The notes: generated by a model not told the origin, from the letters alone. Positions 9,388-20,968 are shown, counted from the first letter of the stretch. The stretch: 64,000 nucleotides of DNA from an uncultured Actinomycetes bacterium (GCA_963767005.1 CAVYCN010000002.1:384001-448000); one strand, 5' to 3'. Made by a program: numbers and translations.

Positions 9388-10686
9388 GTGCGCACGTTCT
9401 ATCTGCGGTCGTTCGGCTGCCAGATGAACGACCACGACGCGGAGCGTATCTGCGCGCTCCTCGAAGCGGATGGTCTCGTCCGGGTGTCGCGCGTCGACGA
9501 CGCCGACGTCATCGTCTACAACACCTGCACGGTGCGGCGCAGCGCCGACGACCGACTCGCCGGCCACCTGGGCGAGGCGGCCCGCGTCAAGGCGCTCGAC
9601 CCGGCGCGGGTGGTCGTCGTCGCCGGCTGCCTGCCGCAGGTCGAGCGCGAAGGCCTCTTCGAGCGCTTTCCGTTCGTCGACGTGGCCCTTGGACCGCAGC
9701 ACCTGGCCGAGCTGCCCGACGCCCTGCACGCCTGCGGGCAGCGCGGTTACTTCGACGGCGAGGGCGGGTTGTCGAGCGCTCTGCCGGCGCACCGCGAACG
9801 CGCGTTCCAGGCCTGGGTCCAGGTGATGTCGGGCTGCACGAACTTCTGCTCGTACTGCATCGTGCCGGCCGCGCGCGGGCCCGAGCGCAGCCGTCCCCTC
9901 GACGACGTGATCGCGGAGGTGCGCACCCTCGTCAGCGACGGCGTGCTCGAAGTCACGCTGCTCGGACAGAACGTGAACGCCTATGGCAACGACCTGACGG
10001 TGGCAGATCCGCCGACGTTCGCCGCCCTGCTGCGCAGGCTCGACGGGCTCGCCGGCCTGCGCCGCGTGCGCTTTACGACCTCGCATCCGCGTGACCTGTC
10101 CGACGAGCTCGTCGCTGCCATCGCCGAGCTGGCCACCGTGTGCGAACACGTGCACCTGCCGGCGCAGTCCGGCTCTGATCGCGTGCTTACCGCCATGGGC
10201 CGTGGGTATACGATGGAGTGGTACCTGGGGAGGGTCGACGCCTTGCGTGCAGCGGTGCCGGACATCGCGATCACCACCGATCTCATGGTCGGCTTTCCCG
10301 GCGAGACCGACGCCGACTTCGACGATACGATGACCCTGGTCGAGCGCGCCGGCTTCGACGCCGCCTTCACCTTCGTCTACTCGCCCCGGCCGGGCACACC
10401 GGCGGCGGCGTTGCCCGACCCCGTCGCGCCCGACGTCGCTCGCGAGCGTATCGTGCGCCTCGTGGGGGCGACGCAGGCGCAGAGCGGGCGCCGGCGGGCC
10501 GCGGTGGTGGGTTCGACCGTCGAGGTCCTGGTCGAGGGCGAGAGCCGGCACGGCCGGTTGTGGCGCGGCCGCACGCGGCAGAACGTGACCGTCAACTTCG
10601 CGGGCACGGCCGCGCCCGGCGAGCTCGCGCCGGTCCTGGTCACCGCCGCGACGTCGACCACGTTGAGCGGCCGGCGCGTCACCTGA
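9388..10686 (+). CDS. miaB: tRNA-2-methylthio-N6-dimethylallyladenosine synthase MiaB
   Basis: SFGCQMNDHD, CTNFCSYC, LLGQNVNAYG, TTSHP, YSPRPGT, TRAM. Confidence 0.95.
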   Translation: MRTFYLRSFGCQMNDHDAERICALLEADGLVRVSRVDDADVIVYNTCTVRRSADDRLAGHLGEAARVKALDPARVVVVAGCLPQVEREGLFERFPFVDVALGPQHLAELPDALHACGQRGYFDGEGGLSSALPAHRERAFQAWVQVMSGCTNFCSYCIVPAARGPERSRPLDDVIAEVRTLVSDGVLEVTLLGQNVNAYGNDLTVADPPTFAALLRRLDGLAGLRRVRFTTSHPRDLSDELVAAIAELATVCEHVHLPAQSGSDRVLTAMGRGYTMEWYLGRVDALRAAVPDIAITTDLMVGFPGETDADFDDTMTLVERAGFDAAFTFVYSPRPGTPAAALPDPVAPDVARERIVRLVGATQAQSGRRRAAVVGSTVEVLVEGESRHGRLWRGRTRQNVTVNFAGTAAPGELAPVLVTAATSTTLSGRRVT

Positions 10687-10692
10687 GGGGGG

Positions 10693-11469
10693 ATGACCGT
10701 GCGAGGCTGTGTATGTCCCCATCCGCCGTTGCTGATCCCGGCCGTCGGCGGTGAGAACCGGCGCCAGGTGCAGGCCACGGTCGACGCGATGGAGCGCCTG
10801 GCCGCCGACGTCGGCCCCGCCGACCTCGCGATCGTCATCTCGCCGCACACGCCGGGCTACGCCGACGCAGTGGCGGTGCGCACGCCGGCCACCCTCTGGG
10901 GCGACTTCGCCGCCTTTCGCAGTCCCAGCGTGGGGGTCGAGATCGACAACGACGTCGAGTTCGTCCAGCGCCTGATCGAGCGGGCCGACGGCGAGGCGGA
11001 CCTCGACGTCGAGCCGCTCGACGACGAGCTCCTCGACCACGGCGTGCTCGTGCCGCTCTTCTTCTTGAGCGCGCGGCGCCTCGTCAACCTTGCCGTGGCG
11101 CGCCCGTACGAGCTGCACGCCCGCCTCGGACGCCTCATCCGCGAGACCGTCGACGAGCTTGGCCGCCAGGCCCTGTTCGTGGCCTCGGGCGACCTGTCTC
11201 ATCGCCTGCAGCCGGGCGCGCCGGCTGGCTACGACCCGCGCGGCGCGCAGTTCGACGCCACCGTCGTCGATCATTTCCGTCGCGCCGACCTCGACGGCCT
11301 GCGCCGCCTCGACCCGTCGCTGGTCCAGGGGGCGGGGGAATGCGGGCTGCGCTCGTTCATCGCGCTGGGCGCCTACCTGGGCGCCGACGCCGGCCCGGCC
11401 CGGGTCCTGTCCTACGAAGGGCCATTCGGCGTGGGCTACGCCGTCGCCGCCTTTGGCGAGGTCTCATGA
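10693..11469 (+). CDS. amrB: AmmeMemoRadiSam system protein B (MEMO1/LigB-like fold)
   Basis: PHPPLLIP, ISPH, LDHGVLVPL, ASGDLSHRL, AGECGLRS, SYEGPFGVGY. Confidence 0.8.
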   Translation: MTVRGCVCPHPPLLIPAVGGENRRQVQATVDAMERLAADVGPADLAIVISPHTPGYADAVAVRTPATLWGDFAAFRSPSVGVEIDNDVEFVQRLIERADGEADLDVEPLDDELLDHGVLVPLFFLSARRLVNLAVARPYELHARLGRLIRETVDELGRQALFVASGDLSHRLQPGAPAGYDPRGAQFDATVVDHFRRADLDGLRRLDPSLVQGAGECGLRSFIALGAYLGADAGPARVLSYEGPFGVGYAVAAFGEVS

Positions 11470-12044
11470 GCGGCCCGGGACCCGTCGAGGAGCCGGGCAC
11501 GTCCGGTGCGGCGCTCTCGACCGGACCGGCCGACTACGCCCGCTCGTGTATCGAGGCGTTCGTCGCCGGCCGGCCGGCCCCCGCGCCGCCGGCGGACGCC
11601 CTCTACGACACCGTGGCCGCGTGCTTCTGCTCGCTCAAGAAGCACGGCGAGCTGCGCGGCTGCATCGGCACCCTGTCGCCTGCCGAGCCCTCACTCGGCA
11701 ACGAGATCGCGCGCAACGCCTGGGCGGCCGCCTTCCGCGACCCGCGCTTTCCGCCGGTCGCCGCCGGCGAGGTCGCCGCGCTCTCCTGTTCGGTCGACGT
11801 GCTCGACCCGAGCGAGCCCTGTGGTCGGGCCGACCTCGACCCCCGCCGGTACGGCGTGATCGTCGTCGCCGGGGCGCGCCGCGGCGTGCTGCTGCCCGAC
11901 CTCGCCGGCGTCGATACGGTCGAGCGGCAGCTCGGCATCGCCTTGCAGAAGGCCGGCATCGACCCCTCGAGCCCGTATGCGATCGAGCGCTTCACCGTGC
12001 GGCGCTTCGGCGAGGGCGCCGGCTGCGACGTCGCCTGTGGCTGA
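11466..12044 (+). CDS. amrA: AmmeMemoRadiSam system protein A (AMMECR1 domain)
   Basis: LRGCIGT signature, AAFRDPRFPPV, SVDVL, GVLLPDL. Confidence 0.88.
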   Translation: MSGPGPVEEPGTSGAALSTGPADYARSCIEAFVAGRPAPAPPADALYDTVAACFCSLKKHGELRGCIGTLSPAEPSLGNEIARNAWAAAFRDPRFPPVAAGEVAALSCSVDVLDPSEPCGRADLDPRRYGVIVVAGARRGVLLPDLAGVDTVERQLGIALQKAGIDPSSPYAIERFTVRRFGEGAGCDVACG

Positions 12045-12966
12045 CGAGCCCGCGCCGCCGCTCGTCGCCCTCTTCGGGCCGACGGGCATGGGCAAGACCG
12101 AAATCGCCGTCGCCCTCGCGGCCGAGCTCGGTGCCGAGATCGTGTCGGCCGACTCGATGCAGGTCTATCGCGGCCTCGCGATCGTCACCAACCAGCCGAC
12201 CGCCGAGCAGCTCGCCGCGGTGCCGCACCATCTGGTCGGCGTGATCGATCCGCGCGACGAGTTCTCGGCGGGCCGCTACGCCAGGCTGGCCGAGGCGGCG
12301 ATCGCCGCCGCCCGGGGGCGCGGCCGGCGCGTGGTCGTGGCCGGCGGCTCCGGCCTCTATCTGCGCGCGGCGCTGGGCGGCCTGACCTTCGGCGGGCCGC
12401 CCAGCGCCGCGCGCCGCCCCGAGCTCGAGGCGCTGGCGACGCGCGATCCCGGCGAGGCCCGTGAGCGGCTGCGGCGGGTCGACCCCGAGGCCTATGCGAC
12501 GATCGATCTCGCCAACCCGCGCCGCGTCGTGCGCGCCCTCGAGGCCGCCGCGGCGCGTGAGGCGGGCGAGCTCGCGAGCACCGCCGCTCGGGGCGAGCTC
12601 TGGTCGCCCGAGGCGACGCGCCACGAGACCCGCCTCTTCTGCCTCGACGTCGAACGCACCGGCCTGCGTGAGCGCGTCGAGCGGCGCGTCGACGACATGG
12701 CGCGCCGCGGCCTGCTGGCCGAGGTGGCTGCGCTGCCGCAGCCTGTGTCGCGCACCGTCGCCCAGGCCATCGGCGTGCGCGAGATGCTCGCCGTGCTCGC
12801 CGGCGAGTCGAGCCTCGAGGCGGCGCTCGACCGCATGAAGGCCCGCACCCGTGCCTACATCAGGCGCCAGCTCACATGGATGCGCAAGCTGAACGCTGAT
12901 ATCATCCCCACGTCCGCTCGTCCCCCCGAGTCCGTCGCGTCCGAGCTCGTGCGGCGACTGTCGTAG
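12037..12966 (+). CDS. miaA: tRNA dimethylallyltransferase
   Basis: GPTGMGKT, SADSMQVYRG, GGSGLYL, NPRRVVRALE, RRQLTW. Confidence 0.95.
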   Translation: MADEPAPPLVALFGPTGMGKTEIAVALAAELGAEIVSADSMQVYRGLAIVTNQPTAEQLAAVPHHLVGVIDPRDEFSAGRYARLAEAAIAAARGRGRRVVVAGGSGLYLRAALGGLTFGGPPSAARRPELEALATRDPGEARERLRRVDPEAYATIDLANPRRVVRALEAAAAREAGELASTAARGELWSPEATRHETRLFCLDVERTGLRERVERRVDDMARRGLLAEVAALPQPVSRTVAQAIGVREMLAVLAGESSLEAALDRMKARTRAYIRRQLTWMRKLNADIIPTSARPPESVASELVRRLS

Positions 12967-12983
12967 ACCAAGGAGGCTCCGCC

Positions 12984-13849
<866 letters not shown>

Positions 13850-13853
<4 letters not shown>

Positions 13854-15031
13854 CCGACACCTTCCAGCCCCGCCTGTCCGAAAGGGTCGAGAGCCTGCCG
13901 CCCTATCTCTTCGCCGAGATCGAGCGCAAGGTCGCGGCCAAGCGCGCCGCCGGCGTCGACATCATCAGCCTGGGTATCGGCGACCCCGACTCCCCGACGC
14001 CCGAGCACATCGTGCAGGCCATGATCGAGGGCGTGCGCACGGCCCGCAACCACCAGTACCCCACGAACCGCGGCACCGCCGAGTTTCGCGCGGCGGTGGC
14101 GTCCTACTATCACAATCGTTTTGGCGTGCGCCTCGACCAGGACAGTGAGATCGTGCCGCTTCTGGGCGCCAAGGAGGGTATCGCCCACATCTGCTTCGCG
14201 CTGCTGAACGAGGGCGACCTGTGCCTGTCGGCCGATCCCGGATATCCGGTCTACACGACCGGCCCGCTGATCGCCTCGGGCAGGGCCGTGCACCTGCCGC
14301 TGCGGCCCGAGCTCGGCTTCCAGCCCGACCTCGCGGCGATCGACGACGAGACGCTCGCCCGCGCCCGCATGATCTTCGTGAGCTACCCGAACAACCCGAC
14401 GGGCGCCGTCATCGAGGACGACTTCTTCACGCGTCTCGTGGCCTTCGCCCGCGAGCACGACATCGTGGTCGTCCACGACAACGCCTATGCCGACATCACC
14501 TTCGACGGCTACGTGGCGCCGAGCTTCCTGCAGACGCCCGGGGCGCGCGAGGTCGGCGTCGAGCTCTTCTCGCTGTCGAAGAGCTACAACATGACCGGCT
14601 GGCGGGCCGGCGCCATCGTCGGCAGCCCGGCCGTCGTCGACGCCTACTGGCGCCTCAAGACGAACATGGACTCCGGCATGTTCGGCGCCCTGCAGCACGC
14701 CGCGGCGGTCGCGCTCACCGGGCCGCAGGACTCGGTCGCCGAGCTCTGCCGCCTGTACGCCCATCGCCGCGACCTGCTGGTCGCGGCGCTGGGCCGCGTC
14801 GGTATCGGCGTCGAGCCGCCCAAGGGCACGATCTACCTGTGGGCGCCCGTGCCTGCCGGCCACACCTCGGGCAGCTTCGCCGAGCTCGTGCTCAACCAGG
14901 CCGACGTGATCGTCTCACCGGGCGCCGCCTACGGTCCGTCCGGCGAGGGCTACGTGCGCTTCTCGCTCACGGTGCCCGACGACCGCCTGAACGAGGCGGT
15001 GGCGCGCATCGAGGAGCGCGTCAGCCTGTGA
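13850..15031 (+). CDS. dapL: LL-diaminopimelate aminotransferase
   Basis: LPPYLFAEI, LGIGDPD, YPNNPTG, SLSKSYNMTGWR; adjacent to dapF. Confidence 0.88.
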
Positions 15032-15086
15032 CGGCGGTCCGGCGGCGTTTCACCCGCGGCCGTCTCGCGGTCGCCCGCCCCCTGCC

Positions 15087-16442
<1,356 letters not shown>

Positions 16443-16444
16443 AG

Positions 16445-16912
16445 GTGGACCTGCCCGTGGTGCGCCTGCGGCCTTCGGCCCGCTTGCCGGTGCGCGCCTA
16501 TCCCGACGATGCCGCGTTCGACCTGCACGCCGCGGTCGACGCCGTCGTCGCGCCCCAGGGTCGTGCCGTCGTGCCTACCGGCATCGCGCTCGGCTTGCCG
16601 CCGGGCGTCGCCGCGCTGACGCTGCCGCGCTCGGGCCTGGCCGCAAGACACGGCGTCACGCTGCTGAACACGCCCGGTCTGATCGACCCCGGCTATCGCG
16701 GCGAGGTCCAGATCGTGCTCCACAACACCGACCCCGAGCACGAGTTCGTCGTGCATGCAGGCGACCGCATTGCCCAATTGCTCATCGTCGGCCTGCTCGA
16801 GGTCGCGCTGCTCGAGGTCGACCGCCTCGACGATACCGCGCGAGGCGAGAGCGGCTTCGGTTCGACGGGCACCGACGCCGCACCCAGCTCGACCGCACGG
16901 TCCTCACCGTGA
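16445..16912 (+). CDS. dut: dUTP diphosphatase
   Basis: AAFDL, PRSGLA, NTPGLIDPGYRGE, GDRIAQL, RGESGFGSTG. Confidence 0.96.
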   Translation: MDLPVVRLRPSARLPVRAYPDDAAFDLHAAVDAVVAPQGRAVVPTGIALGLPPGVAALTLPRSGLAARHGVTLLNTPGLIDPGYRGEVQIVLHNTDPEHEFVVHAGDRIAQLLIVGLLEVALLEVDRLDDTARGESGFGSTGTDAAPSSTARSSP

Positions 16913-17421
16913 GCGCCGCGCCCGCAGACCACGCCGCCGCAGCCGGACGTCGTACGACTGCCGTCGGAGGGTGTGAACGCACGCCTACTGTGCGCGCGGC
17001 CGCACTTATCCTTGATGAGCGTGGTCTGCTGCTCGTCCGCCAGCGTCGCCTGGAGCGCACGTACTGGCTCCTGCCGGGCGGCGGCGTGCGCTTCGGCGAA
17101 TCGCTTGCCGAGGCGCTACGCCGCGAGCTCCTCGAGGAGCTCGCGCTCGACGTCGTGCCGGGACGGCCGCTGGCCGTCGCCGAGGCGATCTCGACCGACA
17201 TGGCGGCCTACCCGAAGCACGTCGTGCACGTCGTCCTGCAGGCCACGCCGGTCGAGCCCGACGCCGTGCCGCAGCCGAGCGACGACGCCATCCTCGAGGC
17301 GCGCTACGTGACGAGGGGCGAGATCGCCGACCTGGCGCTGACACCGCCGATCGCGCCGTTCCTCGACGGCTGCTTCGCTGCGCCGCCGCGGGCCATGACG
17401 TACCTCGGCGTGGTGTGGTAG
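16909..17421 (+). CDS. NUDIX hydrolase
   Basis: Nudix box LPGGGVRFGESLAEALRRELLEEL; GTGA overlap with dut. Confidence 0.88.
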   Translation: MSAAPADHAAAAGRRTTAVGGCERTPTVRAAALILDERGLLLVRQRRLERTYWLLPGGGVRFGESLAEALRRELLEELALDVVPGRPLAVAEAISTDMAAYPKHVVHVVLQATPVEPDAVPQPSDDAILEARYVTRGEIADLALTPPIAPFLDGCFAAPPRAMTYLGVVW

Positions 17422-17508
17422 ACGCTCCCTGGTGACCGCAGAGGCCGCTGCCGACCGGGCCATCCGGCCGGCAGCGGCGACACAGGGCGTTCTACGAACG
17501 TGATTCAA

Positions 17509-17536
17509 ACGCACGATAATCAATGTTATGTAAAGC
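17509..17536 (+). other. dif: dif site (XerCD chromosome dimer resolution)
   Basis: ACGCACGATAA-TCAATG-TTATGTAAAGC, 11-6-11 with XerD-type arm TTATGTAAA; AT-rich island at the point where gene orientation flips. Confidence 0.85.
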
Positions 17537-17950
17537 TACGACCGTCAGCGACTTCTGAGCCGGTCATGCGCCTCGATCACCGCCTCCGCTCCCCCGACGG
17601 CCACCGAGGTGCCCGTCCAAAGCCGGATTTCTGCGAACACTCTCACCTGACAGCCCATCTCGTCCCGTGACGGCGCCGCACCGGCACAGACCGGTGAATC
17701 GCTCGCACCACGGCGGCCGGCGCGCGTTCGTCAGCGTGGTCATTCGCGCCGCACGCTGAGTCACGACCCCTCGACTTGCGCCGCTGCGGCGGATCGCCGG
17801 ACGTTCTTGTGCCTGTCGACGTTTGATCGCGTGCCTCTTCCCCGGCCGCCTCCGACCACCGCATACGATGCGCATCGTGACAGCGGCAGTCTGGCCGTCT
17901 GGCGCGCCGTGCTTTGCGCTTGGCCGCGCGGTATGATGTCGCCCATCAGG

Positions 17951-17964
17951 CGAACAGACGTTCG
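17951..17964. promoter_or_regulatory. Gram-positive-type LexA (SOS) box
   Basis: Perfect CGAAC-AGAC-GTTCG, just downstream of a TATGAT -10 (17932-17937). Confidence 0.6.
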
Positions 17965-18025
17965 CGCCGAGCCGCGCCGCCGTCGACCGGAGCTTGCGGT
18001 CGCGGGCACGACGCAAGGGGGTCTC

Positions 18026-18916
18026 GTGAAGGCGACGATCATTGCCGTACCGTACGCCGCAGGGCGTTTCGCCACAGGCATGGGGCTGGGCCCCGTGAAG
18101 TACCTGGCGACGCACCCCGAGGTGGCGCTCGCTGCAGGGGGACACGACGTCGAGGTGGTCGAGGTGCGGCCCCGCCTCGACCCCGCGTTCGATGAGCCGG
18201 CGGCCGTCGCCGTGATCGACACCGCGCTGGCGGATGCCGCGGCGGCGGCCCTTGCCGCGGGGCGGTTCCCGCTGGTCCTGGCCGGCAACTGCAACAGCGC
18301 CCTCGGCACGCTCGCGGGCATGCAGGCGACCGGCGCGACCCGCGTCGGCATCGTCTGGTTCGACGCCCACGGCGACCTCAACACCCCGGATACCACGCCG
18401 GGCGGGTTCTTCGACGGCATGGGCCTGGCCATCGCCACCGGGCGGACGGGCGCCGACATCGCCGCGGCGATCGGCGTCCGCCCGGTGCTCGAGGCGCACG
18501 TGCTCCACCTGGGTGCTCGCGACCTCGATCCGCCGGAGATCGCCTATCTCGCGCGCGGCGTCATGCCGTCGATCGGCGCCGCCGCGCTGCAAGCCGACGT
18601 TGCGGGCGCGCCCGACGGCGCGCTCCGCGCTGCCTTGGCGGCGCTGCGCGCCGCCACCGACCAGGTCTACCTGCACGTCGACATCGACGTGCTCGCGGCC
18701 GGCTTCGCACCCGGCGTCGACTTCCCGTCCGCCGGTGGCCTGTCCTTGCCCGACCTCGAGAACGCGCTCAGGCGGGTCGTCGCCGAGCTGCCGGTGCGCG
18801 CCGCGGCGCTCACCGCCTACGATCCCGATCGTGACCGCGGCGAGGTCACCCTGCGCTCGGGGCTGCGTCTGGTGACCGTGATCGCCGACGCGCTGCAGGC
18901 GAAGGCCGGCCGCTGA
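18026..18916 (+). CDS. Arginase/ureohydrolase family protein (atypical active site)
   Basis: WFDAHGDLNTP, LGARDLD, HVDIDVL, GGLS; SD-like AAGGGGG before GTG. Confidence 0.85.
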   Translation: MKATIIAVPYAAGRFATGMGLGPVKYLATHPEVALAAGGHDVEVVEVRPRLDPAFDEPAAVAVIDTALADAAAAALAAGRFPLVLAGNCNSALGTLAGMQATGATRVGIVWFDAHGDLNTPDTTPGGFFDGMGLAIATGRTGADIAAAIGVRPVLEAHVLHLGARDLDPPEIAYLARGVMPSIGAAALQADVAGAPDGALRAALAALRAATDQVYLHVDIDVLAAGFAPGVDFPSAGGLSLPDLENALRRVVAELPVRAAALTAYDPDRDRGEVTLRSGLRLVTVIADALQAKAGR

Positions 18917-18936
18917 GCCGCCCGACGCCGGCCGGG

Positions 18937-19464
18937 TCAGTACGAGATCAGCGTGAAGACGTCGACGCCCGGCAGCTTGTCGCGGCCACCGAGGTCGGCG
19001 AGCTCGATGAGGAACGCGGCGCCGACGACGTTACCGCCCATCTTCTGGGCGAGACGCACCTTCGCAGCGGCCGTGCCGCCGGTGGCGAGCAGGTCGTCGT
19101 GGATCAGGACGTTCGTGCCGGGCGCGATCGCGTCGGCGTGCACCTCGAGCGCGTCGGTGCCGTACTCGAGCTCGTACGACTCGGACACAGTGTCGAACGG
19201 CAGCTTGCCGGGCTTGCGGGCGCACACGAAGCCGGCGCCCAGCGCGTAGGCGAGCGCCGAGCCCAGGATGAAGCCGCGCGACTCGGCCCCCAGCACCACG
19301 TCGACGTGACGGCCGGCCGACCACTCGGCCATGCGGTCGACGGCTGCGCGCAGCGCGCGCGGGTCCTGGAGCAGCGGCATGATGTCGCGAAAGAGGATGC
19401 CGGGCTTGGGAAAGTCGGGGATCGCACGGATGCGTGCGGCGAGATCGACCTGGGCGTCCTGCAC
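18937..19464 (-). CDS. apt: Adenine phosphoribosyltransferase
   Basis: IPDFPKPGILFRDI, ESRGF, RKPGKLP, YELEYG, DDLLATGGT. Confidence 0.97.
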   Translation of the reverse strand: MQDAQVDLAARIRAIPDFPKPGILFRDIMPLLQDPRALRAAVDRMAEWSAGRHVDVVLGAESRGFILGSALAYALGAGFVCARKPGKLPFDTVSESYELEYGTDALEVHADAIAPGTNVLIHDDLLATGGTAAAKVRLAQKMGGNVVGAAFLIELADLGGRDKLPGVDVFTLISY

Positions 19465-19510
19465 GGTGTCCTCCTGGTGCCGTGGCGCGGGCTGACCGGT
19501 CCGCGAGCCG

Positions 19511-20230
19511 CTAGACCGTGAGCCGTCGGATGTAGCGCGTGAGCAGCAGCTGCTGGAGCTGCGACATGGCCTGGGCGAGCTCCTCGAGGGCGTCGAGGGC
19601 CTCCTGACGTTGCTCGGCCCGGCGCGAGCGCAGCGCCGGCAGGATGACCTGCTCGATGAGGCCGCCCTCGCGGTCGACGGCGCTCTTCATGGCGCGCAGG
19701 TTCTTGGGCCGCAGACCGGCGCGCGCCAGGCGCGCCGCCGTGGCGACCACGCTGGCCTCGAGCTCGGTGTAGCGGCGCACGCCGCTCACCTGGCGGCCCT
19801 TGACGAGCTCGTACTCCTCGAGCTCGGACAGCAGGGCGCCGTCGGCGCCGGCGAGCTGCTGCAACTCCTCGGCGGTGAACTCCTTCTCGCCCGCGGGATT
19901 GGGCACGAAGTCGGCCTTGCGCAGGCCGCCACGCGCCGGCCCGGCCACGCCCGCCGGCGCGCGCTCGATCTCTTTGCGGATCACCTTGAGCGGCAGGTAG
20001 TCGTCGCGCTGCATGGCGAGCACGCGGATGAGACGCTGGTAGTCGTCGCGCGAGAAGAGCCGGTAGCCGCCCTTAGTGCGGCGCGGCGCGACCAGGCCCT
20101 GCTCCTCGAGGTAGCGCAGCTTGCTGACGCTGATGTCGGGGAACTCGCCCTTGAGGCGGTCGACCACCGCCCCGATGGTCATGAGCTTCTCGTCGCCGAT
20201 GTCGAACAGGACTTCGGTCTTCTCGTTCAC
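19511..20230 (-). CDS. MerR-family regulator (actinobacterial FtsR/Rv1828-like)
   Basis: MTIGAVVDRLKGEFPDISVSKLRYLEEQGLV.PRRT.GGYR, YLPLKVI; follows FHA gene. Confidence 0.85.
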   Translation of the reverse strand: MNEKTEVLFDIGDEKLMTIGAVVDRLKGEFPDISVSKLRYLEEQGLVAPRRTKGGYRLFSRDDYQRLIRVLAMQRDDYLPLKVIRKEIERAPAGVAGPARGGLRKADFVPNPAGEKEFTAEELQQLAGADGALLSELEEYELVKGRQVSGVRRYTELEASVVATAARLARAGLRPKNLRAMKSAVDREGGLIEQVILPALRSRRAEQRQEALDALEELAQAMSQLQQLLLTRYIRRLTV

Positions 20231-20682
20231 GGCGTGATGAAGGTGAGCTTGTACTTGCCGACCTGCAGCTCGTCGCCGTCGAGGAGGGTCTGGCGCTCGA
20301 TGCGCCGGCGATTGACGTACGTGCCGTTGAGGCTGCCCTGGTCGGCGATCACGTAGGCGTCGTCCTCGCGCGTGACCACGGCGTGGTTGCGCGACACGGT
20401 GACGTCGTCTAAGAACACGTCGGAGTCGGGGTGGCGCCCGATCGCGGTGCGCTCGCCCTTGAGCTCGTAGGTCTCACCCGCGCGCCCACCGCCGCTGCGG
20501 ATGACGAGCGTGGCGCGCTCGGGCAGTTGACGCGAGAGCGGCGGCAGCGTTTCGGGGCTGTCGCCGGGCGAGTAGTTCATGGTGGTCTGGGGGTCCGTCT
20601 TGTCGGCGATCAGGCTGGCGCCGCAGCGCACGCAGAAGTTGACGCCCTCGGAGTTGCGGTACCCGCAGTTCGGGCAGAACAC
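20227..20682 (-). CDS. garA: Zinc-ribbon + FHA domain protein (GarA/OdhI-like)
   Basis: CPNCG...CVRCG, QTT, FHA GRHPDSDVFLDDVTVSRNHA, GSLNGTYVN. Confidence 0.8.
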   Translation of the reverse strand: MFCPNCGYRNSEGVNFCVRCGASLIADKTDPQTTMNYSPGDSPETLPPLSRQLPERATLVIRSGGGRAGETYELKGERTAIGRHPDSDVFLDDVTVSRNHAVVTREDDAYVIADQGSLNGTYVNRRRIERQTLLDGDELQVGKYKLTFITP

Positions 20683-20686
20683 GGGT

Positions 20687-20968
20687 CTAGTGCCCGCCGC
20701 TTGCGCCTTCGCCTTCGGCGAGGCCGGCCGCGGGATGCTTGCCGGCGAGGATCTCGGAGAGGCGTGAGACGTCGTCGGCGGTGATGATCGACTCGCCGGC
20801 CGCGTGCTCGCGCTGCAGACGCAGGACGAGTTCGGCCCGCAGGATGTCGATCTTGCCGTGGAGGATGCGCCGCTGACGGGAGACTTCCTGCTCCTCGGCG
20901 GTCAACGTGCCGATGAGCGCCTTGAGCTCCTCGTCGGACAGCGACACGAAGTCGATGATGTCGTCCAT
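20687..20968 (-). CDS. rsiG: Single-motif RsiG-like c-di-GMP-binding anti-sigma factor
   Basis: LSDEEL...EQEVSRQRRILHGKIDILRAEL = E-x3-S-x2-R-x3-[Q/H]-x3-D; WhiG encoded in the same window. Confidence 0.7.
   Translation of the reverse strand: MDDIIDFVSLSDEELKALIGTLTAEEQEVSRQRRILHGKIDILRAELVLRLQREHAAGESIITADDVSRLSEILAGKHPAAGLAEGEGASGGH

Noticed and set aside
17590-17700. Riboswitch (glycine or c-di-GMP)
   Set aside because: Only fragments such as CTCTCA; conserved cores are absent
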